From a virus: a stretch of 64,000 nt of DNA. Shown here piece after piece: positions 19,001-27,573 of the stretch (position 1 is its first letter; each line of letters begins with the position of its first letter). Location: the IMG/VR virus record IMGVR_UViG_3300028831_000155, positions 6,725 to 70,724 of that record. The stretch is one strand, 5' to 3'. A program made the translations under genes and the position numbers. Under the pieces are notes generated by a model. The model saw nothing but the letters and a program-made list of their open reading frames with translations. It had not been told where the DNA came from and searched no databases.

Positions 19001-20825
19001 CGCCAGCCAGTCCTTGCCGCAGTCCGGGCAGTTGGCTGCGAATCTCTCCCAGCCGCTTGCCAGAAGCCTCGTACTGCCGGTTGAGTTCCTCGAACTTATC
19101 AGTCCCAATCGCATTGGTGACCTGCTCGAACTCATCGGGCAGCCGCTTGGTGATCCTTTCTTCCTCACCGATATTGGCGACGATGCGACTGGTGAAATCG
19201 CGCTGCTGATCTTCGAGTTCGGCTACCTTGCCACGAGCACCAGATAGGGTGAAGAACAGCGAGGAGATGGTGGAGCGCAGGCTCCCTACTCGCGCCTCGC
19301 CCGCGGTGGTCACTCGCTGTGCGCGGGCCTCAGCGATTTCTGGCAATTCTGCCGCACGAGCAGGAACCACCTCGCCAGCGGTAGGCGTCAGACCTGTGGC
19401 CGCGACCTCCTCCAGTGGGCGGGGAATCTGTGGCACTGGGGTTCCGGCTTGCAGCAGCGAACTGATGACACGCTGCTGCTGGTCAGGCGGCAGGTCGGCA
19501 ATGCGACGCCCGCCATACGGCACGTTGGCAAAGGCCGCGGTGTGCTCGGCAGTGACCGGCACCGCACCTCGTGGCGCGGTCGCCACTGGCTCGGCTGCGC
19601 GTGGCACCACCACTGGTGCCTGCTGGATGGGAGGTGATGGCAAGACCGCTGGGAGATTGCCAGTGCTGATCTGGCGCAGGAGTTCTACGGCACCCTGAGC
19701 ACCGCCTATCGCTGGTCGTTGCAGAGAAGCAGTCTGGGCCGACTCGATCTGCTGTCGAGCAGGAAGCCGCACGATCTGCTGAAGGAATTGCTGGGTCTGC
19801 TGCAGTTCAGCGCGGCTCGACCTAGCGAATGTACTGCTCTCATCAGATAGCGCGGACAGTTGGCGGCTGACCTGAACGAGAGCCTGCTGCGCTGGAGTAT
19901 CGGTTGGAGCGGCGACGATCCTGCCGCCCGGACCACGGAACTGCGATCCGGTGGCCGCCAGACGAGGATCGAAGATAGGACCACTGGGCGCAGGCGCACC
20001 ACGTCCGAGTTGTCCTTCTAGTTCTGAAACCCGTGCCGAGAGACTGCGGATGATCTCGCCCGAGGTGGGAGTGGCACCCGCTTCTTCAGCGCCGCGGATA
20101 CCACGAGTAAGAGGCAGCGCGAACTCGCCGACGGTCTCTGGCCGCTCTCCTTCTCCGACTGGTCCCGCCGTCTGCGGGAAGACACGGCCGAGACCTGTCG
20201 CTGTTTGGAATTGGACCGCGCGGCCCAGCCGATTGGCACGTTCCTGTGCAATCTCAGTCTGGCTTGGTTCGCCTGCGACTGGGATCGTGACCGAGGCCTG
20301 CGGGATGGTGGCCGCGATAGCCTCTCGGACACCTCCGCGAGTCTGAGTCGAAGCGACTCCGATCTCCTGCGCCAGTTGAGCATCGTGGGTCCGCAGCGCC
20401 AGATCGGTGAGTGGCGTGCCAGACAGAGCCGCAGCCTGAACAGGAGAGATGAAGCGACCACCGATACCACCCGCTGCACCAGCCGGAGCCCGCAATTGCT
20501 CGATGGCGACCGGGCTGACGGTGCCTTCTGCGATGAGCCGCTGGGTCTGCTCCCGAACCGTGGCGGCCTGCTGACGAGTAGGCGCCGCGATAGTGGCGGG
20601 GATCGCAACCGCTGACTCACGGCCCAGCCGTGCTGACAGTTCGCGCGCGTTGCCGACAAGCGCCTGCTGGTTGGGCAGTTGCAGATTGGCGGCGATCTGG
20701 ACGGTGGTGTGGCCCCAGCGAGAATCGAAGGCCCGCAGTGCGGCCTCCGCCTTTTCCAAGGCAGCCAGAAGCGGAGCCGCATTAGCGGTAATCTCCGCAG
20801 ACAGACCTTGGATTTCGTCAGGCAT
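16056..20825 (-). CDS. tape measure protein
   Basis: 1589 aa; long Q/A/L-rich helical segments plus a glycine-zipper hydrophobic stretch (GGAIAGGIAGSILPG...); position after the chaperone pair. Confidence 0.8.
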   Translation of the reverse strand: MPDEIQGLSAEITANAAPLLAALEKAEAALRAFDSRWGHTTVQIAANLQLPNQQALVGNARELSARLGRESAVAIPATIAAPTRQQAATVREQTQRLIAEGTVSPVAIEQLRAPAGAAGGIGGRFISPVQAAALSGTPLTDLALRTHDAQLAQEIGVASTQTRGGVREAIAATIPQASVTIPVAGEPSQTEIAQERANRLGRAVQFQTATGLGRVFPQTAGPVGEGERPETVGEFALPLTRGIRGAEEAGATPTSGEIIRSLSARVSELEGQLGRGAPAPSGPIFDPRLAATGSQFRGPGGRIVAAPTDTPAQQALVQVSRQLSALSDESSTFARSSRAELQQTQQFLQQIVRLPARQQIESAQTASLQRPAIGGAQGAVELLRQISTGNLPAVLPSPPIQQAPVVVPRAAEPVATAPRGAVPVTAEHTAAFANVPYGGRRIADLPPDQQQRVISSLLQAGTPVPQIPRPLEEVAATGLTPTAGEVVPARAAELPEIAEARAQRVTTAGEARVGSLRSTISSLFFTLSGARGKVAELEDQQRDFTSRIVANIGEEERITKRLPDEFEQVTNAIGTDKFEELNRQYEASGKRLGEIRSQLPGLRQGLAGVNQELKNAGTGGSALAASFAGGVAGGLAFSVAMQGVTAVVGLVAKAFDPAIERATGFTTLTNNMVSTLADQSRALHGSTDLVVAASFAQSGLSENVSNTIRPLIEQRVAIEAGNKALGEQIDQINAAAQLQHQQVLAQGGQAVGLGQTPGAIPGFTTGTGGFLNTPLFQTPGIIEQLARLTPQGAQQQRQIGGAALGAGAGVLGGAIAGGIAGSILPGPGTLAGALIGGAIGGIAGGGIGAAATGTPSPNNFDIAVRGLGQGAAAGRSLQNAVNQVPVVGGLLGGGASVLAPGVGGAAGFLGGLISGPSPQDLKQAATQSKQDLDVLQLGITNLDDAAKRGAPNVEALGTAVLHATAAQADATANLLKAEGATDDQIKQLRAQGFALLGPGGTGPTAPVATAAQAQAFATAAQKGAALPTSEEALATTRERTLPAAIFQAVTQAALQRQVSTAQIGIQAAQQPLLPLGTSIPGGIGSVSPGIRGLIGNTQNFDTIQVRQIQAAQVQIAQIAGANGTPGFEGASRQAVADFGAIQAGGRQIAGIQAGITQEQVGLQTAQFDEQIRQQSLALNDLAQITGKIGQTAGDNLGIYERQAIVLGRQSAELQLQTQQLQLQSQALQIQLAQRQINFQVAVAGFAGGPGATPEERAARQEEAKQEASYAQKQLDIQKEQQALATRQVRLAGQILPITFRIEDIQHNRDYISARNALGLLERARQVTIDTAGAQEAIAFIQARMQAAEADLQQLLQQGEAVISAINSEAAKYVATYKKSTETLEQSAAQFFQGISSAFGTAISQGALQAAAGFDAAFKSFQSATQGGLLSGTGLGYGTPNPGGTGAQIGYLGNVSTDTLFHAGEAGTEKVAVLAQPRDVTVHPRGPMQMTVGQAQGQTVGIVKNPPSYAEGYFGTMGQGEVPHYAGGFVGSAPSAIFGGGGITINITITGNQFQTRQDEARMRAELVRAIEQSLARKTSLLGFRGPSPS

Positions 20826-20993
20826 CTAGGTCTACCTCCTCTGGAGGTTTCTTCCACGCTTCGGCGTCCATGTCGATCCGGTCCCACAAGGCATCCAGCA
20901 TTTCGCGGTACTGCGCCGCGGGTCTGGCCCTCACCTCATCGGGCCACTTGCCGAATGACATGGCGACCATGTTCTGCCAGAAGGCGCGCTCGC

Positions 20994-21452
20994 TCAGGCG
21001 CCTTCCGCTTTTCCCACTGGTCGGCTCGGGAAGTGGACCGCGTTGACCGTATCGAACAATTCACCGCGCTTGGTGAACGGCAGTTTGTTGATCTCGGCGA
21101 GACTCATCTTGGGAGTCACAGAGCGCTCGGTCATGAACTTCAGGAGCAAGTTGGTATCGACGCCCGTCTCGGTCTTGGCGAGGTCGATGCACTCGTCGTA
21201 GACGCCGCCCTCCAACTCGTTGACGGTGTACTCGGTGTCACCGATGGTGATGGTCTTAGAACCGAATAGGGACTGCGGCTCGTCACTCACGGCTTTGAGG
21301 CTTCCTCGGGCAGGCATAGCCTGACTCCTTCCATCTCTAGCGTGCCGGGGTCTTTCTCGAAACGAGTGGCACGCCCCTCGTCCTGACACAGTTGGTAGGC
21401 CTTCTCGCGCGAGAGTTTGACAGTCACGGTCTTTCGATAATCCTGAGCCCAC
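20994..21452 (-). CDS. tail assembly chaperone, T-frame part
   Basis: Overlaps 21287-21619 in the -1 frame directly upstream of the tape measure gene; own ATG at 21317. Confidence 0.45.
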   Translation of the reverse strand: MGSGLSKDRDCQTLAREGLPTVSGRGACHSFRERPRHARDGRSQAMPARGSLKAVSDEPQSLFGSKTITIGDTEYTVNELEGGVYDECIDLAKTETGVDTNLLLKFMTERSVTPKMSLAEINKLPFTKRGELFDTVNAVHFPSRPVGKAEGA

Positions 21453-21619
21453 AGCGTGGCATTGACATGGGCAAAAGTGCCACGGAACAAGTAGGTTCCA
21501 TCTCCCTGCTTACTCATGTGCCATGAGGAAAAGTAGCCGACCAGCACGCCGATATCGGGCATGCGAACTTGGCCGTCTGTGCCCTTGATGGACTGGATGT
21601 CAATCGGGACCATGGTCAT
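21287..21619 (-). CDS. tail assembly chaperone (G-like)
   Basis: 110 aa between the major tail and tape measure genes; 3' end overlaps the -1 frame ORF. Confidence 0.45.
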   Translation of the reverse strand: MTMVPIDIQSIKGTDGQVRMPDIGVLVGYFSSWHMSKQGDGTYLFRGTFAHVNATLWAQDYRKTVTVKLSREKAYQLCQDEGRATRFEKDPGTLEMEGVRLCLPEEASKP

Positions 21620-21749
21620 AGGATGTGGGCCTCCTTACAAACACAAAGACGCCAGCCCTCAAGGCAAACGTCACGCTCATTCGCGTGGGGTGTCTGCTCT
21701 GAGGACTGGCGTCAGTCTACGAGGGTTGTCGCGCGGCGATGACCGCTAA

Positions 21750-22139
21750 TTACAGGTCGATTACCCAGTTACCACTGGCGCGGAAGTTGCCAGTGATGCG
21801 GATCGCATCCGACACGCCCGCGGTCACCGTGGCATCCACATAGCCGGAACCATGCGCCACTTCAACCGACGAATCAGTCGCCCACAACGCGATGCCAACA
21901 GGAGTCGAGTTCGCGGCGTTGGTCAGCAGCAGGTCGCCGGAGGTATCGAGGAATCCAGCGAAGGAGCCTGACACATCGGGCAGGCCCGCCACGTAGGTCT
22001 TATTGGTGTCACCAAACGAGGTGACCTCAATCGTGTCTCGGGCGCGGTTCAAGGTCCACTGCGCTTTGGCAGCGATCTTGGTGCCAGCGATGTAAATCGC
22101 AGCATTGGCACCCGAGATTCTGGTATCAGAGTTAGCCAT
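21750..22139 (-). CDS. putative major tail protein
   Basis: 129 aa; synteny (precedes the chaperone pair); AGGA ribosome-binding site. Confidence 0.4.
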   Translation of the reverse strand: MANSDTRISGANAAIYIAGTKIAAKAQWTLNRARDTIEVTSFGDTNKTYVAGLPDVSGSFAGFLDTSGDLLLTNAANSTPVGIALWATDSSVEVAHGSGYVDATVTAGVSDAIRITGNFRASGNWVIDL

Positions 22140-22186
22140 GATGAGCAGTCCTCATTCCTAGTGGGGACCGCGGCGCGTGGGCACGC

Positions 22187-22600
22187 TCAGGTCAGGGATT
22201 GGTAGGAGATCACGTGGTAGGTGCCTCCGCGGCGGTACACGCGATTCCCGGTTTCGTCTATCTCGGTGATTCTTAGTCCCTCGATACGACGAGCGAAGAT
22301 GACCGTCTGGCCCGTAACCGATACGGAGTCCTCTAGGGTGCTCATCACCATCTGGTCGAGGTCGGAAGCGGTCACCTGATCTCGCGCCCAAGCCCAGACA
22401 TCCCAGTCTGATCGGATGGTGCGCGCCGAAAAGTCGTCTTCATACGGCGCGGACACCAACCCGTAAGTCAGGAATGGGTAGTCAGTGTCCTTGGGTGCGA
22501 CTTCCTCGTGAATGCCGTGAACCGCAGCCTTGAGAGTGGTGTTGGCCCGCAGCGTACTCACGATGGCTTGGACGATGGGCTGCTCAGTGGTTCTGGTCAC
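22187..22600 (-). CDS. head-tail joining / tail terminator-like protein
   Basis: 137 aa; position in the head-tail joining block. Confidence 0.35.
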   Translation of the reverse strand: MTRTTEQPIVQAIVSTLRANTTLKAAVHGIHEEVAPKDTDYPFLTYGLVSAPYEDDFSARTIRSDWDVWAWARDQVTASDLDQMVMSTLEDSVSVTGQTVIFARRIEGLRITEIDETGNRVYRRGGTYHVISYQSLT

Positions 22601-23085
22601 TGGCCTATCGCCGTGGCTAGGCGTTCTCGGTAAGCAGACCGTTGATCGGCCAGCGCCGGACGCAGGTAAGGTTGGGCTCGGTTATGCCGCGTCCCGAACT
22701 CCACGTACTTGGCGTACGGGGTAGGCGACAAAACCGTAGCGATGAAGACCGGACCGCCACTAGCAGGCTCGGCATAAATCTCGGATCGCAGTCTGCCACC
22801 AAGGTAGGTGCGTGATCCGACTTGGATGTTGGCTCGTCCTGTTTGCAGCTCGTACCGGCCACGAGTGGTGAGCGGATTGTTGAAGCGCAGCCTGCCCGGA
22901 GCGGCCAGCACCCGTCGCGCTCCGAAGCCATGAATAGAGGCGCCGCGCGGCGCCGCGAACACCTTGCGCACCGGAGCGCGCTGCTGGGCATTGAGCGCCG
23001 CAGCCTGCGCTGTCTCATTGACCGCAGCCTCGATCTGGGCGCTGACGCGCTTGAAGATAGCCTGCGCTGAATAGGTGACCGTCAT
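22597..23085 (-). CDS. HK97 gp10-like head-tail joining protein
   Basis: C-terminal YAKYVEFGTRHNRAQPYLRPAL matches the gp10-family yvEfGT...aqPyl motif. Confidence 0.5.
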   Translation of the reverse strand: MTVTYSAQAIFKRVSAQIEAAVNETAQAAALNAQQRAPVRKVFAAPRGASIHGFGARRVLAAPGRLRFNNPLTTRGRYELQTGRANIQVGSRTYLGGRLRSEIYAEPASGGPVFIATVLSPTPYAKYVEFGTRHNRAQPYLRPALADQRSAYRERLATAIGQ

Positions 23086-23453
23086 GTCAACTTCCGGCAG
23101 GTGCAGATCAGGAACAGGCGGTAGGTATCCTCATCGTTGGTGTGCTCGACGGTGAAGCGCTGGGAGCCATCCACCACCACTTGATCTCCCGACTTGACTC
23201 CTGAATCTGGCGGCAGAAACAACTGGAATAGTTCTGGCACGCCGATCACGCCACCGACGTTTTCAAGAATCTCACGAGCAGGAGTTATCTCGGCCAGCCA
23301 ACCGGGAAGCGTCGCGACTTGAGCCATGTAGGTCTCGGGATCATCGCCTTCGGGACCTTCAGTGGCAGGTTGAATCCGAAAGACGCTGACCGTGCTGGTC
23401 AGGGTGATATGGCCCAGATCACGGAGCGCCTGTATCTCTGCGGCGCTTATCAC
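23082..23453 (-). CDS. head-tail connector/adaptor protein (hypothetical)
   Basis: 123 aa; synteny. Confidence 0.35.
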   Translation of the reverse strand: MISAAEIQALRDLGHITLTSTVSVFRIQPATEGPEGDDPETYMAQVATLPGWLAEITPAREILENVGGVIGVPELFQLFLPPDSGVKSGDQVVVDGSQRFTVEHTNDEDTYRLFLICTCRKLT

Positions 23454-24337
23454 GAGCGGAACCTGAACGGCTCAAGCAGCCACGCGGCCTCCTCGGGAAT
23501 CGAGGGCAGGTCCGAGTTACGCGGCAGGGTCGCCACGCCGCCTTGCCGCAGTTCGATCTCCCCCGGTGCCACACGGATGGATGACAGGCCGGTCAGACCT
23601 CGGGCCCGGATACGGGCCTGACCGATCATGTCCGCGGCGATGACCGCGCTGGCACGCGCGATCTGTGGAAACAGGCGGTAGTTGTAATCAGCGCTCACCA
23701 CGTCGCCTGCATCCAGTTCGCTGCTGTAAGTGGCGGTGCCCTCGTTGTAATCGAGCGTGAAATCAGTGGTGTGATCGGTGCCGTTGATATAGACCTTAGG
23801 TGTGACAGTCGAGTCCCACCACTGGTTGGCAGCACGGAAGGTCTGGCCGTCAGTCTCCAGCAGTTCCTCGCCTGCCACCGGGAATGAGGAGCCGTAGGTG
23901 TAGCCCAGCGATGACACCGGCTGCGACAGCGACAGGTTGGCGAGCACCGGGAAGATGCCGATGCCCAGTGTCAGAGCCACAACCTCGACGTAGCCCGCCG
24001 AGTTGTTGATGAACATGTCATCGGGCTGAATGACGATGTAGTTGCCCTCGGTGACGAGGATGCGGAACGAGTCGATGGATTTGACCGGCTGGTGCCACGG
24101 CCGCACGCGACGCGTGCCGACCCGCGACTGGCCGCCGATATCCCACTCGTGGCGCTCATCGGTGATAGTGCCGCCGCGAAAGTCATGCGGCTGTGGCAGG
24201 TTCGGAGCACTGGTGTATGCATTCACCCGCGCCGCCGCAGCCTGCAGAATCGAGCGCAGTTCCTCATCAGAATACGGAGTCAGGTCCACACCCAGACCTT
24301 GGGTACGAAACGCCGCGGTCGTGATGTACGAAACCAT
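23450..24337 (-). CDS. hypothetical structural protein
   Basis: 295 aa immediately downstream of the capsid gene. Confidence 0.4.
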   Translation of the reverse strand: MVSYITTAAFRTQGLGVDLTPYSDEELRSILQAAAARVNAYTSAPNLPQPHDFRGGTITDERHEWDIGGQSRVGTRRVRPWHQPVKSIDSFRILVTEGNYIVIQPDDMFINNSAGYVEVVALTLGIGIFPVLANLSLSQPVSSLGYTYGSSFPVAGEELLETDGQTFRAANQWWDSTVTPKVYINGTDHTTDFTLDYNEGTATYSSELDAGDVVSADYNYRLFPQIARASAVIAADMIGQARIRARGLTGLSSIRVAPGEIELRQGGVATLPRNSDLPSIPEEAAWLLEPFRFRS

Positions 24338-24398
24338 CAGCGCCTCCTAGAGATGTGGGGGAGGAGGGCGGCGACGAGTGACCGCCCTCCTCGGAAGA

Positions 24399-25721
24399 CT
24401 AGGCCTCGAACTGGGCCTGAACCTTGGCTTGGAACTGAGGCACCAAGAGCGCGAAGCCGATCATGATGTACACGATGTAGTAGTGGACCAGTTGGCCCGC
24501 CACACCGATTGGGATGTCAAGAGTCGTGATCGAGTCCGAACCGAGGTACGGCATCACGATCTTGCTCTCATCGAGCACGTAGATGTCGGCGGTGTCCTTG
24601 GTGGGGTTGTCGTAGAAGCCGATGGAGTCTCCGGGCACGCCCACGAAGGGCACGAATCCGGCGTCGGTGGCGATGCCGGTCACGTTGATACCGGGCACGT
24701 ACTCCACGCGGTCATTGCCATTGACGATTCGCACGAACTGGAGGTTCTGGCGATTCCACTCAGTGTGCTCGGCAAAGCGAGAATAGACCACTGAGGGGCT
24801 GCCACCAGAGTTGCTGACGTTGGATGCGGCCTGATTGATAGCGGTGGTGATATCGCCGCGGCTGGAGAGTGTGGCCGAGGAGATATCCACCGTGGTGTTG
24901 TTGGCGTTGCTCGCCAGCAACTTGCGCAGACCGTCGAACGCGTTGGCGTCATAGGCGCCGTTCTCATCGTCAGCAGTTCCACCCGAGGCGGTGGCGTTGC
25001 CTTGGAAGATGGTCTTCTGGAGTTTGTGCGCCATGGCGGTCAGGGCGCCTTCGATCTCCAGTTCCTCCAAGTTGTAGCCAGCGCCGCCCTGCTGGACCGC
25101 GAACTGGCTCTTGAGGCTGACGCCCACCCGGCGAGCCAGCACCGCGACTGGGCTGGTTGCTCGGTTGTAGACGTTGTTGTCATCGACCACGGTGCCCAGT
25201 TCAGGCATGAACTGCGCATCGCCGTACGACGTGATCTGGTTGAAGGCGTGGACAAGGCCGTTGGACGGGACCTTGCGCATGCGCTGCCATGCTGGGAACT
25301 TCGACACGAAGATGCGGTACACCATTGGGTCGAGGTCCTGCCGGATCAGCGCGCCAGCGCCGGTCGAGTCGATGGCCTTCTGGAGCATCTGACCATCGGG
25401 GCCAGAGGTCGAGAGGGCGTCGTAGATCGCCTGCGAGTTGCCGCTATGCGCGGCCCACTGAGCGAAGGGAATGCCCTGATCCTTGCGTGACGCCTGCTCG
25501 TTGAGCAGGGCCATCGTCTCAGGAATGGATTTGGTCAGCATCCGCTCGCGCATCTCCATCAGAGCCGAGCGACCCATGACCTTGCTCAGGTTGCCAGAGG
25601 TGCTACCAGTGATGGCGGCAGGCTCGACAGCCGGAGTGTCGTTGAGTTTGTCCAGCGCGCCGGACTTGGAATACTCCTCCAGCGCTTCGTGGACCTTGGT
25701 CAGAAGGGGGTCCATTGACAT
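24399..25721 (-). CDS. putative major capsid protein
   Basis: 440 aa directly after the protease/scaffold gene; composition consistent with an HK97-fold capsid protein. Confidence 0.55.
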   Translation of the reverse strand: MSMDPLLTKVHEALEEYSKSGALDKLNDTPAVEPAAITGSTSGNLSKVMGRSALMEMRERMLTKSIPETMALLNEQASRKDQGIPFAQWAAHSGNSQAIYDALSTSGPDGQMLQKAIDSTGAGALIRQDLDPMVYRIFVSKFPAWQRMRKVPSNGLVHAFNQITSYGDAQFMPELGTVVDDNNVYNRATSPVAVLARRVGVSLKSQFAVQQGGAGYNLEELEIEGALTAMAHKLQKTIFQGNATASGGTADDENGAYDANAFDGLRKLLASNANNTTVDISSATLSSRGDITTAINQAASNVSNSGGSPSVVYSRFAEHTEWNRQNLQFVRIVNGNDRVEYVPGINVTGIATDAGFVPFVGVPGDSIGFYDNPTKDTADIYVLDESKIVMPYLGSDSITTLDIPIGVAGQLVHYYIVYIMIGFALLVPQFQAKVQAQFEA

Positions 25722-27458
25722 CTATTTCTTCTCCAGCGACTTGAGGACTTCAGGCGAATAGATGCCGCCGAACTTGGTCTCCAGAGAATCAAACTCCGAG
25801 ACCTTTTCGGCGACCACCGCCTTGCGTCCAAAGGGGGTCTTGGCGATCTGCCCCACGATCTGCTTTGCCAACACCAAGTTGGTTTCGGCATCGTGGAGTT
25901 TCTGCTTGAGCGTGGCGTTCTCACTCTGGGTGGTCTCCAACTGCTTGCGAAGCGTCACGTTCTCACGCGAGGTGGACTTCACAAGATCAGCCAGAACCGC
26001 CGTAGAGCGAGTGAGCGTGTCACTCAGCAGAGCGTCTTCCTCAGCGGACTCAGGGTCACCAGACGGTTCCTGCGCTGGAGTCTCGTCAACAGGATCAGCA
26101 GCGACGACAGCCGCTTCCTTGACGAGTTCAAGAGGTTCGGCGGCCTTCTCGGAATCTCCGATACCGGCCTTGCGGGCTGCGGCACGCACTGTGTCACATC
26201 CGCATTGGTCATTAGACGAGTCTCCGCAGCGGCTCAGTGCCGCGCGGATGTGGGCCTTGTCATGGATGGGGTACTTACGCTTGGACGGACACGCGAACTG
26301 CGAATCGCCGAGGTTGTTGCGAGCCGCCGCACTCAGTGGCGCCTTGAGCAGGTCAAGGTTAGCTGAGAAGGAGACTTCCTCCTTGGCCGCACCCTGCGCG
26401 TCCATCTCGGCATACCACGCCTCGGCTTCGGCATCGTCGCCTTCGGGCAGGTTATCGAAGTCGATGTCGAGGTCCTTGAGCAGGTCGAGGTCGGCATCCT
26501 TCTCGGCCTCGGCTGGCTGGACAAGTTCGGCCTCCTCGCCTTCCTTGACCTCGATGCCCTCCTTGACGCTGCCGTCAGCCGCGGCCACCTTCTCAACCTG
26601 TGGGTCTTCTATGACCGCCTGTGTGCCATCCGCCGCGATCTCGACCGCCTCCTCGGGGGCCACGTTCTTCTCGGTCTCGGTCACGAACCCATCGTTGGTG
26701 TCTTCCTCGTCCTCGACCTCGATGTCGAAGGCTTTGATCGCCTTGACCGCGTTGAGCACGAAGGCACGCGGGTTGTCAGGGATACCGACGATGGAGGCTT
26801 CTAGCAGGCTCAGGTTGTCGAAGGTGTATCCGCCCGCGGCATTCTTCTTGGCGCCACCCGCAGGAATCTGGGCACCAATCGAAACGCCCAACTGCAAGCC
26901 GTCAGTCACCATGTCGTAGGTGGCTTGGCTTTTCTCGTCCTTATTGACGATGATGTCGCTCATCAGGTCCCAGACCGGACTGCCATTCGAGTCGAAGGCA
27001 TTGGTCTGCTGCACATGCGCCGATTCGATGTAGCCGAACACGTCGTCGGGCACCTTGTGAGAATGATTGCGGAAGACGGTCAAGCCCTTGGCCGAGGCCG
27101 CCATTCTCTGCAGGGCAGGAAGCGATACGACATCGCCGGAGCGATCCTCGATTGAGGAACTGACGATGGTGCGCACGCGCTTCTTGCCATCTCCAGTGTC
27201 CGCGATAGGCCGCATTGCGCCTGATGCGATCTTGAAATGTGGACCCTCGGGATTGCGGGTCTCCGCATTCGTAAGTTCCATAGACTTCGTGCCTCCTTGA
27301 CAACGTTTGGCGGCGGCATGTGCAGTCGCAAAGGCGCGACCTTCATCGCCGTGATCCGCGTACTCGCCGTTCCACGTTGCGCGGAAGGCGTCTTGACATT
27401 TGTCGGAATAGCGGCTTCTGACTGCGGCAGGCAGGTCGCTATTGCTTGAATAGGGCAT
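25722..27458 (-). CDS. ChaB-like N-domain + HK97-family prohead protease + acidic scaffold-like C-domain fusion
   Basis: N-terminal LPAAVRSRYSDKCQDAFRATWN...GDEGRAFATAHAAAKR (ChaB-like); SSSIEDRSGDVV...GLTVFRNHSH (prohead protease); C-terminal D/E-rich helical region. Confidence 0.6.
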   Translation of the reverse strand: MPYSSNSDLPAAVRSRYSDKCQDAFRATWNGEYADHGDEGRAFATAHAAAKRCQGGTKSMELTNAETRNPEGPHFKIASGAMRPIADTGDGKKRVRTIVSSSIEDRSGDVVSLPALQRMAASAKGLTVFRNHSHKVPDDVFGYIESAHVQQTNAFDSNGSPVWDLMSDIIVNKDEKSQATYDMVTDGLQLGVSIGAQIPAGGAKKNAAGGYTFDNLSLLEASIVGIPDNPRAFVLNAVKAIKAFDIEVEDEEDTNDGFVTETEKNVAPEEAVEIAADGTQAVIEDPQVEKVAAADGSVKEGIEVKEGEEAELVQPAEAEKDADLDLLKDLDIDFDNLPEGDDAEAEAWYAEMDAQGAAKEEVSFSANLDLLKAPLSAAARNNLGDSQFACPSKRKYPIHDKAHIRAALSRCGDSSNDQCGCDTVRAAARKAGIGDSEKAAEPLELVKEAAVVAADPVDETPAQEPSGDPESAEEDALLSDTLTRSTAVLADLVKSTSRENVTLRKQLETTQSENATLKQKLHDAETNLVLAKQIVGQIAKTPFGRKAVVAEKVSEFDSLETKFGGIYSPEVLKSLEKK

Positions 27459-27573
27459 GTGATATCCTCACGCCAATCCGGCTTCGTCACCGGAGGTGGA
27501 TAGCGGGTCCCGCTATCGGAGCGTCAACGCTGGCTACGTCGGGTGACTCCCGTTCCTCTAGACCAGCGCCGCT

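Noticed and set aside
16538-20887. Numerous ORFs overlapping or antisense to the tape measure gene (e.g. 17220-18065, 17824-18564, 20018-20887)
   Set aside because: Typical high-GC antisense and overlap artefacts. Their composition is Arg/Pro/Ser-rich and low-complexity, and the tape measure frame is continuous.
25762-26919. 385-aa Ser-rich plus-strand ORF antisense to the protease/scaffold gene
   Set aside because: Mirror of the acidic D/E-rich scaffold codons (GAx/GAG read in reverse as Ser/Leu). No independent signals.
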